In this document: positions 27,232 through 36,763 of the stretch, one piece after another
Position numbering within the stretch: the first letter of the stretch is position 1
Layout: each line of letters starts with the position of its first letter
Sequence record: NZ_CP118102.1
Strand: one strand, 5' to 3'
DNA: 64,000 nt
Source of the DNA: a plasmid
Made by a program: the position numbers and the translations under genes
Notes under the pieces: model-generated
What the model was told of the DNA's origin: nothing
Databases searched by the model: none
What the model saw: only the letters and a program-made list of their open reading frames with translations

Positions 27232-28947
27232 ATGACTTCTCAACCGCCTCTCGCCGGCAGAGCTTCCGCCGGAGCCGGCGCGGGCGCGGCGCGACTGCTG
27301 AAGCGCACCGGCATTGCCTCGGCGCTGTTAGTCGCGCTGTTCGCCGGACTGCTGCAGGTTCGCGCTCCGCAGCCCGCCGGTCCGGACGCTCCGGCCGACG
27401 CGTTCTCCGCCGCACGCGCGATGGAGAAGGTCGGTGTCATCGCCGCCGAGCCGCGTCCTGCCGGATCGCCCGCCCATGACAGGGTGAGGGATTTTTTGCT
27501 GGCGGAGCTTACAGGGCTCGGACTTCAGCCGGAGGTGCAGACGGCGGAAGCCGATTCGATATGGGAACCCGGGCGTCGCGTCCCCATCGAAAATATCATC
27601 GCACGTTTTCCCGGCACGGCCGGCGGCAGCGGCAAAGCCGTCTTGCTCATGGCGCATTACGATTCCGTCCCGGGCACTCCGGGAGCGGGAGATAACGCGG
27701 CGGCCATCGCCGCCATGCTCGAAACGGCGCGGGCGCTTAGAGCGGGCGAACCGCTCAAGAACGACGTGCTGCTGCTTATGACGGACGGGGAAGAAATGGG
27801 GCTGCACGGAGCCAAAGCGTTTGCGTACGAGCACCCGTTGGCAAGGAGCGTCGGGCTGGCGCTTAATTTCGACGCGCGGGGCAATCGCGGGCCTTCCTTT
27901 ATGTTCGAGACGAGCGAGGACAACGGCGGCCTGATCCGGGAATTCGTTCGGGGGGCTCCGCAGCCGGTAGCGTATTCCCTGCTGCATTATGCGTATAACC
28001 TGCTGTCCAACGAAACCGATCTGACCCCGCTTATGGACAGCGGGCTGCCCGGCATGAACTTCGTGTTCGCCATGGGGCTGAACGCTTACCACAAGGAGAG
28101 CGATACGCCGGACAATCTGGACGCCGCAAGCCTGCAGCACCACGGCAGCTATATGCTGGGCCTTGCGAGGCATTTCGGTGGATTGGACCTGGAGAATATC
28201 CGGCGGGAGGATAGAGTGTATTTCAACGTTTTCGGCGGAACGATGGTCAGCTATACGCACACTTGGGCGGTCGGTCTGACACTGCCGTGCGCGCTGCTGC
28301 TCCTCGCCACGCTATGGCACGGATTCAAACGGCGGCGCTTGACCGTCGGAGGACTGGGAGGCGGCCTGCTGCTGGCGCTGCTCGGCATAGGCCTGACATA
28401 CGGAATCGGAGCGCTGGCATGGTCGATCGTTCGGGCCGAGGCGTCGCCTCCTCAATATGCGGAGATCGTGGAAGACCCGATCGTCTCCGCGTTCTATTTT
28501 GTCGGCGTGCTGGCATTGGCGCTGGCGATCGCGTTTGTGCCGGTTCGGCTCGTCTCCCGATTGATTCGGGCGGACGATCTGTGGGGCGGCGCGCTGCTGC
28601 TGTGGATGCTGTTATGCGCAGGAACGGCGCTGTGGCTGCCGGGCGGGAGCTACCTGCTGCTGTGGCCGCTCCTGTTCAGCTTGATCGGCTTGAACGTCAG
28701 CTTCGCCGTGCAACGGAATGCGGCCGGGATGCTCTCCGCTCTATCGGCGATGCCGGGCATCGCACTTTTCGCGCCGGTCGCGTATTTGACGTTCGTTATG
28801 CTCACGTCGGAAATGACGGCAGAGCTCGTCGCGTTCTCGACGCTTCCGTGCACGCTCATCTATCCGCTGTTGAAGGGCGCGGGACGCAATGGGAACGGGA
28901 AGGGCGCCAGTAGAGGGAAAGAGGAAATGGAGGAGCAATTGACTTGA
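27232..28947 (+). CDS. M28-family zinc aminopeptidase fused to a C-terminal polytopic membrane domain
   Basis: CAGGAGGG RBS then ATG 27232 (MTSQPPLAGRA...). Signal/TM LLVALFAGLL. M28 catalytic region HYDSVPGTPGAGDNAAAIAAMLE, MTDGEEMGLHGA. About 8 C-terminal TM helices. The track ORF 27094 reads through the terminator. Confidence 0.8.
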   Translation: MTSQPPLAGRASAGAGAGAARLLKRTGIASALLVALFAGLLQVRAPQPAGPDAPADAFSAARAMEKVGVIAAEPRPAGSPAHDRVRDFLLAELTGLGLQPEVQTAEADSIWEPGRRVPIENIIARFPGTAGGSGKAVLLMAHYDSVPGTPGAGDNAAAIAAMLETARALRAGEPLKNDVLLLMTDGEEMGLHGAKAFAYEHPLARSVGLALNFDARGNRGPSFMFETSEDNGGLIREFVRGAPQPVAYSLLHYAYNLLSNETDLTPLMDSGLPGMNFVFAMGLNAYHKESDTPDNLDAASLQHHGSYMLGLARHFGGLDLENIRREDRVYFNVFGGTMVSYTHTWAVGLTLPCALLLLATLWHGFKRRRLTVGGLGGGLLLALLGIGLTYGIGALAWSIVRAEASPPQYAEIVEDPIVSAFYFVGVLALALAIAFVPVRLVSRLIRADDLWGGALLLWMLLCAGTALWLPGGSYLLLWPLLFSLIGLNVSFAVQRNAAGMLSALSAMPGIALFAPVAYLTFVMLTSEMTAELVAFSTLPCTLIYPLLKGAGRNGNGKGASRGKEEMEEQLT

Positions 28948-29735
28948 TTCGAGAATTAACGCCGGATGAGCTTGATCAAATTTTAAGTACGATAGACAGG
29001 AAACGTCATTTTCTATACTACTCGTATCTCACGATCCGCAGGCCCAACACGATTCATTTCGGACAGTATTCGGAGCGGGGGGAACTGCTCGGCGTATTGG
29101 CTTTTTTAAGAGGACTGCCGTTTCACGCCTTCTCCGTGTATCCTCTGGCCTGTTCGTTCCGGATAGGACCGCTGTTGTCGTTCGCGCGAACGCGGCTGAG
29201 TCTGCCGGACGGCGCCACAGGCAGCTTTATCGTCAACTCGAAGGATTTGGCCGATCTGGAGGCGCAGCTGAGATGGACGGGATCTCCAAGGGAACTGCTG
29301 CTGATGAAGCACGTTCGCGAAGAGATTTTGCCTTTGCCGTCTGAAGGACCGCAGGTTCAACTGCTCGACGCTTCGTATTTCGGCCGGATCGAGGCCAAGC
29401 AGCGGGAGTGGAACGCGATGGCTTTTTCCCGGGAAGAACTGAACTATCCGTTCTACGGGGTGACGGAGCAGGGGGAGCTGGTGGCGGCGGGCGGCTACCA
29501 TGTCTTTACCGACGAATACGCGGAGCTGGGGAACATAGGAACGGACGTTGCGCGAAGAAGGAGGGGGCTCGGAACAAAAGTGTGCGCGGAGCTGACCCGC
29601 CATGGAAGGGCGGCTTGCGCCGAAGTGTACTTGAACGTGCTGACGGAAAACGAAGGCGCGGTTCGACTGTACGAATCGCTGGGCTACGAGATCGTGTGCA
29701 GGCAGTATATTGCCGAATTCGCCGTCGAGGGCTGA
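28944..29735 (+). CDS. GNAT-family N-acetyltransferase
   Basis: TTG start after GGAGG. The acetyl-CoA motif region ELGNIGTDVARRRRGLGTKVCAELTRHG matches the R/Q-x-x-G-x-G/A GNAT motif. Confidence 0.7.
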   Translation: MIRELTPDELDQILSTIDRKRHFLYYSYLTIRRPNTIHFGQYSERGELLGVLAFLRGLPFHAFSVYPLACSFRIGPLLSFARTRLSLPDGATGSFIVNSKDLADLEAQLRWTGSPRELLLMKHVREEILPLPSEGPQVQLLDASYFGRIEAKQREWNAMAFSREELNYPFYGVTEQGELVAAGGYHVFTDEYAELGNIGTDVARRRRGLGTKVCAELTRHGRAACAEVYLNVLTENEGAVRLYESLGYEIVCRQYIAEFAVEG

Positions 29736-29771
29736 AGAATGCGCGCGGCTGGACGAAAAGGAAAGAGGGGC

Positions 29772-29784
29772 TGGGACAGCCCCC
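29772..29784 (+). repeat. TGGGACAGCCCCC, first of two 13-bp direct repeats (second at 30269-30281) bracketing a repeat-rich convergent intergenic region; part of the GNAT terminator hairpin GGGGCTG-gga-CAGCCCC
   Basis: Exact 13-mer present twice, 497 bp apart. Confidence 0.5.
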
Positions 29785-29888
29785 AACCCCTTAAATACGA
29801 GGGATGTTGTCAGGTTAATCTAAATTCGCGAGGTTGTAGGAGCAAATGTTCGCAATCGAACGACTCGGAATCGCATAGGACGATGGGA

Positions 29889-30063
29889 TAACGTTATGGG
29901 TTTCGGACGTTGACGGTTGAATGAAGGTTAGCGTTATGGCGTAACGTTATTTCATGGGTTCAGGACGAGATCGGGGGACAAATGGGGAAATAACGTTATG
30001 CCGTCGCTCTATTGGCCGCTAGCCTGGCCCGCGTCGGGCATTTAACGTTACGCCGTAACGTTA
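29889..30063. repeat. cluster of five TAACGTTA palindromes within a degenerate duplicated unit, followed by a CAC/CAT-rich tract (30070-30130)
   Basis: TAACGTTA at 29889, 29942, 29991, 30043 and 30056. Flanking ...ATGGGTTTCGGACG / ...ATGGGTTCAGGACG similarity indicates a duplicated unit. Confidence 0.6.
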
Positions 30064-30286
30064 TGCGATTACCGCCATCACCACGACCACCATCGCGACC
30101 ATCACCAACGACCACCATCGTCACGATCACGACGTCTACCCAACGGCAGTTGTTCCCCGCGAGCCAGGTTCCCGCCCACCCAACCTTGTGCAAAGGGATG
30201 GCGGTGTCGCGAAGCGTTGTTCCTGGCTGTATGCGTTGCTCCCTCTCTGGGGCTTAATCTGACCACATTGGGACAGCCCCCTCATC

Positions 30287-31330
30287 TTAACGGACGTAGA
30301 TGCCTCTTGCGTATTGTACGGGCGGTTCGGCTTTTCTGGCGACGGTCATAATCGCGTGAAGCGCCCAATAAGGATCGTTCAGCATACCCCGCCCGACGGC
30401 GACCAGTTCGGCGTCTCCGTTGCCCAAAGCGGCCTCGGCCAAGTGCGGCTGGTCCAAATTGCCGACGGCGATGATCGGCACGTTCAGCGCTTCCTTGAAG
30501 GCGCGCGCGAACGGAAGCTGATAGCCGGGATGATTGGCGGGCTTGCGGCTGCCCGGAGGCGCTTCGCCGCCGCTGGATACGTCGAACATATCGACGCCGG
30601 CGTCCTTGTAGCGCTTCGCGATCCGCAGCGCATGCGCGAGGTCGTAGCCGCCGTCCATGTATTCGACCGCGGACATGCGCATGATGAGCGGCATGTCCGC
30701 AGGCATGACGCTGCGCGCGGCCTGCACGATTTCCTCGCCGAAGCGAGCCGGATCGCGTCCGTATTCGTCGGAGCGATTGTTGATGCCCGGGGAATGGAAC
30801 TGGTGGATCAAGTAGCCGTGCGCGCCGTGCAGCTCGATCGTGTCGAAGCCGGCCTCGACGGCGCGGCGGACGGCGTCCCGGAACTTCCCGACCATCGTCC
30901 GGACTTCCTCGGCGCCCAGCGCCCGCGGACGCCGGGAGACCGGGTCTCCGTTCGCGCCCGGAACCGGGATATCCGACGCTCCGACGGGCGTCGGCGCATC
31001 CTCCGCTTTGCGTCCTGCGTGCGCGATCTGGATGCCGATTTTCGCCCCGTATTTATGTACCTCATCGACGATTCTCGCGAAGGCGGGAATTTGCTCGTCC
31101 GACCAGAGCCCCAAGTCGCGGTCGGTTATTCTTCCGTCCGGCTCCACGTCGGTCATCTCCACAATGATCAGTCCCGCGCCGCCTATCGCCCGGGAGACGT
31201 AATGAACGAAATGCCAATCGTTCGGCTTGCCGTCGTTCGTCTCGACGGAGTATTGGCACATGGGCGGCATGACGATGCGGTTTTTCAAGGCGAGCCCTTT
31301 CAGGGAAAAGGGGGAGTCTAGATGGGTCAT
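30287..31330 (-). CDS. namA: NADPH-dependent flavin oxidoreductase, old yellow enzyme (YqjM/NamA type)
   Basis: MTHLDSPFSLKGLALKNRIVMPPMCQY...HFVHYVSRAIGGAGLIIVEMT...IGIQIAHAGRKA is the classic YqjM pattern. Confidence 0.85.
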   Translation of the reverse strand: MTHLDSPFSLKGLALKNRIVMPPMCQYSVETNDGKPNDWHFVHYVSRAIGGAGLIIVEMTDVEPDGRITDRDLGLWSDEQIPAFARIVDEVHKYGAKIGIQIAHAGRKAEDAPTPVGASDIPVPGANGDPVSRRPRALGAEEVRTMVGKFRDAVRRAVEAGFDTIELHGAHGYLIHQFHSPGINNRSDEYGRDPARFGEEIVQAARSVMPADMPLIMRMSAVEYMDGGYDLAHALRIAKRYKDAGVDMFDVSSGGEAPPGSRKPANHPGYQLPFARAFKEALNVPIIAVGNLDQPHLAEAALGNGDAELVAVGRGMLNDPYWALHAIMTVARKAEPPVQYARGIYVR

Positions 31331-31401
31331 CGCTGATCTCTCCTCAGTCTATATAGATTGAACCAATGAAACGGGAAGTTCAACCTATATAGTTAATGGT
31401 G

Positions 31402-32298
31402 TTAAATTTCTTTCGTATTGGCGTTCTCCGGACTTGTTGTCTTGGACGCGCCCCGGTCCAGCGTCTTGCGAATCGCGGTTTCGATCCAGCGCCAGGGCAG
31501 AAAACGGACGGCGGTCACCAGCAAACGGGCGCCTCGCCCGATCGGATGCCTTAGCTTGCGCGTTCGGCCGGAGGCTGCCAGCCGGGCGACCAGCTCGGCG
31601 ACTTCCCGCGGATGCGGGGCGGATTCGGCCGATTTGCGGGCGAAGCCCAGCACGGAGTTAAGCATTTTCCCGTAAGGGGAGTCGGGCTTGGCGTGGATCG
31701 CAGCGAAACCTTTGTCCCAGATCGGCGTACGATAGGCTCCGGGCTCCACGAGGTACACCCGGATGCCGTAGGGCGCAACCTCGAGCCGCAGACTCTCGCT
31801 GAAGCCTTCGACCGCGAACTTGGAGGCGGCGTATGCTCCGTAGCCGGGCAAGCCGATCCGCCCGCTGACGCTGCCGATCTGGATGACCGTTCCTTCGCGC
31901 TGCCGGCGCATGATGGGCAGAACGGCCTGCGTCGCAGCGACGACGCCGATGAAGTTCGTCTCCATCTGCGCTCTCCACGCTTCCAGCGGCACTTCTTCGG
32001 AGAACCCGCCGACGGCGTAGCCGGCATTATTCACGAGCGCGTCGATCCGGCCGTAGCGTTCCATAATATGCGCGACGGCCGCTTCAATCGATACGGGGTC
32101 GGTAACGTCAAGTCGGACGACCTCCAGCCTGTCGCCGACGCCGAGCCTGTCCGCTTCCTGCATGAGCGGTTCCCGGCGATCCGGATCGCGCATCGTGGCC
32201 ACGACCCGGTACCCGCCGCGGGCCAAGGCGGTGGAGATCAAAAGGCCGAAGCCGCTGGAGGCTCCGGTTACGAGGGCGATTCGCTCAACGGTCGACAT
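31402..32298 (-). CDS. SDR-family short-chain dehydrogenase/reductase
   Basis: TGASSGFG cofactor motif. NNAG. Catalytic YAASK. Confidence 0.8.
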   Translation of the reverse strand: MSTVERIALVTGASSGFGLLISTALARGGYRVVATMRDPDRREPLMQEADRLGVGDRLEVVRLDVTDPVSIEAAVAHIMERYGRIDALVNNAGYAVGGFSEEVPLEAWRAQMETNFIGVVAATQAVLPIMRRQREGTVIQIGSVSGRIGLPGYGAYAASKFAVEGFSESLRLEVAPYGIRVYLVEPGAYRTPIWDKGFAAIHAKPDSPYGKMLNSVLGFARKSAESAPHPREVAELVARLAASGRTRKLRHPIGRGARLLVTAVRFLPWRWIETAIRKTLDRGASKTTSPENANTKEI

Positions 32299-32428
32299 GG
32301 GTCAACCTCCTTCTGCTGCTCGAATGATATGGAACTGCTGTTCGTTTGTACCGTCTCTCCCAGTGTACCACGTTTTGCTCCTTGGGGCTTGCCGCCCGGG
32401 GAGGGAGAGAAGCAAGGCAATTTCTGCG

Positions 32429-33583
32429 CTACAGCTTGTGCTTTCTCAGCAGCGGTACGCCGATGCGATTCAGCAGCTTGCCGAGCGTCGCCCAAGGCAT
32501 GCGGCGCTTCAGCGGCAGATGCCGCACGTAAACCGCAGAAAATTCGATCTCCGCCTCGGCGCCCCGATTGCGCTTGAACTGGGCCGCGCCGGAGCTTTCG
32601 TGCAGCAGAAATCCGCGCTCGCCTGCCAATTCGATGAGCCGGGCGGACAGCATCCGGTACAAGCCGAGCTCCTGCGGCAGCGAAGTGTCGTAGCCGAACA
32701 AAGGCGTCGTCATCACGCCGTCCCTGGCGTAGAAGCCGAGCGCCGCGTCAAGCCTTCCGTTGCGGCGAAATCCGTGCAGCTCCAATATGCGGTTATCGAG
32801 CGCCTCCTCCAGAAAACGTTCCGTGAACTGCGGATTGTGCCAGGAGTACTTATCGAGATACAGCAGACGATACAACTCCGCGATGCGGGGGAGATCCTGC
32901 CGGGTTACGTCGCCGGGGCCGACGGTCTCGTAGCCTTCCTTGGCAGCCAGCGTGCCGTCCCGCTTCAGCAGCCAGCGGGATTTGGCGTTGCCGAAGCCGG
33001 CATCGCCGGTTCTCAGCAAGTAAATTTGTCTGCTCGGGACGAGCAGGCAGCCCTTGGAACGAAAGAGGTCCAGCATGGGCGCATTGAGAGACGGATTAAG
33101 CGAGCGAAAAGCGATCGCATGCCCGGGGAAGCGGGCGACCAGCTTGTCCAGCACGGCGTCCCATTGCGCGGCGTTCAGCTCCGGGTACAGATTGGTCGAC
33201 AGCAGCCAGTTGTTGACGTGCACGACCCGGTTAAAGCCGCTGAGCTTCAGCAGGCGGCCGATTCCGGACAGAAGCGCGTCCAGTCCGGCAATCAGCGCGC
33301 GGTTGCCCAGCAAGTTAAGCTCCTGTTTCGCGTAGCTGACATAGTGGGTGTACGGGGAGCAGACGTAGCTGTTGTCGTACTCCTCTTCATTCACGGTGAT
33401 CGGAAGCGGAATCCCGTCCGCCGTCAGCACGAGGATCCGGGTACGGACGTTCCGTACGAACCGCTCTGAACCTTCCTGCAGAAGAGGCAGCAAATACCGC
33501 TTGGCATAGCGTCCGTATTCGTTGTCGGGCCACTCGAGTTCGCTCGCGTCGGCCGCTTCGTACAGCTCGACTCGGGACTTCAA
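32429..33583 (-). CDS. hypothetical protein, candidate acyltransferase (GNAT-like/FemAB-BioF2-type fold); last gene of the 6-gene coupled operon
   Basis: 384 aa. 4-nt overlap with the upstream ligase gene. No canonical motif identified by eye. Assignment is by context and size only. Confidence 0.4.
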   Translation of the reverse strand: MKSRVELYEAADASELEWPDNEYGRYAKRYLLPLLQEGSERFVRNVRTRILVLTADGIPLPITVNEEEYDNSYVCSPYTHYVSYAKQELNLLGNRALIAGLDALLSGIGRLLKLSGFNRVVHVNNWLLSTNLYPELNAAQWDAVLDKLVARFPGHAIAFRSLNPSLNAPMLDLFRSKGCLLVPSRQIYLLRTGDAGFGNAKSRWLLKRDGTLAAKEGYETVGPGDVTRQDLPRIAELYRLLYLDKYSWHNPQFTERFLEEALDNRILELHGFRRNGRLDAALGFYARDGVMTTPLFGYDTSLPQELGLYRMLSARLIELAGERGFLLHESSGAAQFKRNRGAEAEIEFSAVYVRHLPLKRRMPWATLGKLLNRIGVPLLRKHKL

Positions 33584-34908
33584 AGCTTGTATCTCCTTTC
33601 GACGCGCCTCAGCTTCGCGATGCCGGCTTCATGCGAGTAGGCGGAGAAGACGATTCGCGGCGTACGGCAGCGAAGGCGGCCGCACAACGCTGCGATTGCC
33701 GCGCGAACCCGCTCTTCGGCCATGTCCCGCTCCGCCTCCGGCAGCTCAAGCTCGACCGTCCATTCGTCCAGTCCCGTCTGGATCGCCCGGTATTGCGCGA
33801 TAGCGGGAGAAGCGCCGATAATCGCGCGCGTGACGAAGTCCGGGTAGATCGTGACCAGCGCTTCGTCTTCGTCAACTCTGCTACCCGTCGCATAGAAAAT
33901 ATCGTCGCAGCGGCCTTCGATCCGCTCGATGGCCGTAAACGGGGAGCCGCACGGGCAGGGCTGCTCGCTCTCGGTCAGCAGATCGTTGAGCCGGTAGCGG
34001 ACGATCGGCTGAGTCGTGCGGGAGAAGTCGGTCACGATCGGCACGAACGTGCGGTCTTTGCCGGGTACGTACTCTTTTTCGATATAGACGAGATCCTCAT
34101 TCAGATGCAGCGTGCCATAGGGGCAGGTGCAGCCGAGAAACCCTTCCGTGCATTGATAGATTTGGTGGACGGTCTGGCCGAACGCCTCCTCGATGTATTC
34201 CCGGTCAAGCGGGTCCAGCGCCTCGGCGACGGAGATGATCCGCTTGGGCTTCGTTAGCAGGTTGCCGGAGCGGGCGGCTTCGGCAAGGCGGCGCAGCACG
34301 GAGGGAGGGGCGGCAATGACGTCGGGCCGCTGGCGTTCAAGCCGCTTAAGCTGATCGGGCAGCGGATCGAGCAGGTCGTAAAATGCGAACGACAGCCGCC
34401 TGCCGCGCACCGATTCGTACAGATTGCTGTTCGCCCTCAGGAAGAAGGCGATCGAACAGCGGGAGAGGAGGGAGCCGGGCAGCATTTTGCCAAGCACCGC
34501 GCCCGCCCAGCCGGCCCGCTCCCGTCTGTCGACGAGAAACAGTCCGCGATTGCCGGACGTGCCGGAAGACAGGCCGATCGTCACGTTCCCGATGGCGGGC
34601 TTGAAGTCGCGCGACGCTTCGGCCGCCTCGGCCACCGCGAAGGCTTGCGCTTTTGCGATGCCTGCCGTATTGAGGCTGTCGAAGTGGGCCATCATCACCG
34701 ACTTGTCGATCGTCGGGAAGGAGCGCCACTGCTCCGACGGGATAGAGCCCCACCATTCCCGGTAAAAGGCAGAACGCTCGCGGACTTGCGAGACGTGCCG
34801 GACGACGAGCCGTTCCAGTTTCTTTTCGAACGCTTGGCGATTCGTAGTTCCGCCTCGTTTTCTTCCGCTTCTGTAGTGCTTGATAAAAGCAAGGGCGTCC
34901 CGAATCAT
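33580..34908 (-). CDS. adenylate-forming enzyme, coenzyme F390 synthetase / phenylacetate-CoA ligase-like (acyl-AMP ligase)
   Basis: AMP-binding P-loop IGLSSGTSGNRG. Start MIRDALAF after GGGAGG RBS with ATGA overlap to the MBL gene stop. The track ORF starts at 34953. Confidence 0.7.
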   Translation of the reverse strand: MIRDALAFIKHYRSGRKRGGTTNRQAFEKKLERLVVRHVSQVRERSAFYREWWGSIPSEQWRSFPTIDKSVMMAHFDSLNTAGIAKAQAFAVAEAAEASRDFKPAIGNVTIGLSSGTSGNRGLFLVDRRERAGWAGAVLGKMLPGSLLSRCSIAFFLRANSNLYESVRGRRLSFAFYDLLDPLPDQLKRLERQRPDVIAAPPSVLRRLAEAARSGNLLTKPKRIISVAEALDPLDREYIEEAFGQTVHQIYQCTEGFLGCTCPYGTLHLNEDLVYIEKEYVPGKDRTFVPIVTDFSRTTQPIVRYRLNDLLTESEQPCPCGSPFTAIERIEGRCDDIFYATGSRVDEDEALVTIYPDFVTRAIIGASPAIAQYRAIQTGLDEWTVELELPEAERDMAEERVRAAIAALCGRLRCRTPRIVFSAYSHEAGIAKLRRVERRYKL

Positions 34909-35770
34909 AAGCGTCTTACCTCCCGGCTGTCGATATCGTAGAACTCCCTGCAATGGCTCGGCACGACGATCAGATCAGGATCGGACGCTTGCCAGCTTCG
35001 CAGCCTGCGGAACGAGTCGCGGTACGCCGCGCGGTCGTGCATGACCAGCCCTGCCGCCGGATGGGGCGGTCGGTTGTCGCGAAGCGCCTGGCTCGACCAC
35101 GAGGCGTCGGCGCAGAGCAGCACGCGCGAGCGGGATGTGGACAGCAGCAGGCCGATCTGGCCAGCCGCGTGTCCCGGCATGGCGATCGCGATCAGGCTGC
35201 CGTCGCCGAGCAGATCGTAGCCTCCGTCGAACGGAATGCTGTCCGGCAGGGAGACTCGCTTGGCCAGCGTTTCGATCGGCTGCGCGGTTTCGGCGAAGCG
35301 ATCGGGCAGCAGTCCGGCGACGAAGCCCGCACGGGTGGCCCGGAAAGGGCCGAGGCGTCGAACGGCGTCGTAGGCTGCCTGCGGGTACAGGAAGCGCGAG
35401 GACGGGAAGTCCCGCGCGCCTCCGATATGGTCGGCGTGGAAGTGCGAGAGAATGACACTGCGGACGTCCTCCGCGGCAATGCCGAGCCGGGCGAGCTGCC
35501 GGACGGCGGTGTTATCCTCATGCAAAATGACGGGCGTGAGTCGGCGGTACAGCGAATAGGGAAAAGAACCGGTCAGCTCGCGAAATCGCGGAGAGTAGCC
35601 GGTATCGAACAAAATCCAGCCCTGCGAAGGGTGGCGAATGCAGGCGAAGCCGGCCGGATAGGCGGCCGAACGCAGCGAGCCGCCCCGCAGCGTCACGAAT
35701 TCGGGATGCAGGCAATAACCGGCGGACAGGAGCAAAAGCTCGACCTGGACGGGATGCTCTCGGTTCATGA
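34905..35770 (-). CDS. MBL-fold metallo-hydrolase
   Basis: HFHADHIGG metal-binding motif. Start MNREHPVQVE with ATGA overlap to the epimerase stop. The track start is 35954. Confidence 0.7.
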
Positions 35771-36763
35771 CGGGTTGCTCCTCCACCAGTCCGCGAATCG
35801 GCGCAAGCCCTCGTCGAGCGGGATTCGCGGTTCGTAGTTCAGCGCTTGGCGCGCTTGGGCCAGATCGAGCGTCTGGCTGTAGGCCAGCAGGCCGACCGTA
35901 TACCGAGTAAAAGGCGGCTCCGCGCCAATCGCCGGGAACGCTCTGTACAGCCACTCCATTGCGCGTCCCGCGGCAAGCGCGGCAGGCCGGGAGACGCGCC
36001 GGGTGCGCAGCGGCAGCTCCAGCAGGGCGAACAGCCGCCGCAGCAGGTCGATCAGCTTGACGGGCTCACCGTTCGACAGATTGTAGATCGCGCCCGCGGC
36101 GCTTTCCGGCGCGTTGCATGCCTGAACGAGCCCGTCGACCGCGTTGTCGACATAGGTCAGATCGAGCAGCGCCTCGCCTCCGCCGATAAGCGGAATGCCG
36201 CGCGAATCGTTCACCCGCAGCAGCCGAGGGAACAACGACGTATCTCCAGGGCCGAATACGGCTCTTGGCCGCACGATGATCGAAGACAATCCGTTGCCGG
36301 CCGCATCCGCGACGACCCGTTCCGCCATCAGTTTGGTGGCGGCGTAGGCGTTCACAGGCTTGCGAGGCAGCTCCTCTTGCTCGGAAACGAGCAGCCGATC
36401 TCTGTAATTGAAGTAAACGCTTGGCGTGGACACATGGACCAGTCTGCGCGCTCCGTGACGAAAGCAGCCGGAGACGACATGCTCCGTGCCGCCGACGTTG
36501 GTCTCATAGAAGTCTCGGTAGGCTCCCCACGGAGAAGACAGCGCCGCGCAGTGAATGACGTAGTCGCGTCCGGCGCAGGCGTCTTCAATCTGCTGCCGGT
36601 TGCGCAAATCCGCCTGAAGGAAGGGGATACCCTGAGCGGCCAGCTGGCGGCCGATTTTCTCGTCGCGTCCTAGCCCCGTCACGTCCCATCCCAGATCGCG
36701 CAAGCGAACGGCCGTCGCTCGGCCCAGAAATCCCGTTGCTCCCGTTACCAATACTTTTGTCAT
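35765..36763 (-). CDS. NAD-dependent epimerase/dehydratase (extended SDR)
   Basis: VLVTGATGFLGRATAVRL Rossmann motif. YxxxK region YAATK. Confidence 0.8.
   Translation of the reverse strand: MTKVLVTGATGFLGRATAVRLRDLGWDVTGLGRDEKIGRQLAAQGIPFLQADLRNRQQIEDACAGRDYVIHCAALSSPWGAYRDFYETNVGGTEHVVSGCFRHGARRLVHVSTPSVYFNYRDRLLVSEQEELPRKPVNAYAATKLMAERVVADAAGNGLSSIIVRPRAVFGPGDTSLFPRLLRVNDSRGIPLIGGGEALLDLTYVDNAVDGLVQACNAPESAAGAIYNLSNGEPVKLIDLLRRLFALLELPLRTRRVSRPAALAAGRAMEWLYRAFPAIGAEPPFTRYTVGLLAYSQTLDLAQARQALNYEPRIPLDEGLRRFADWWRSNPS

Noticed and set aside
30060-30135. His/Thr-rich peptide frames across the CAC/CAT-rich tract
   Set aside because: No start codon with an RBS in any frame giving a plausible product. 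The track ORF 30012-30257 is Pro/Ser/Thr-rich low complexity. Treated as non-coding repeat DNA.
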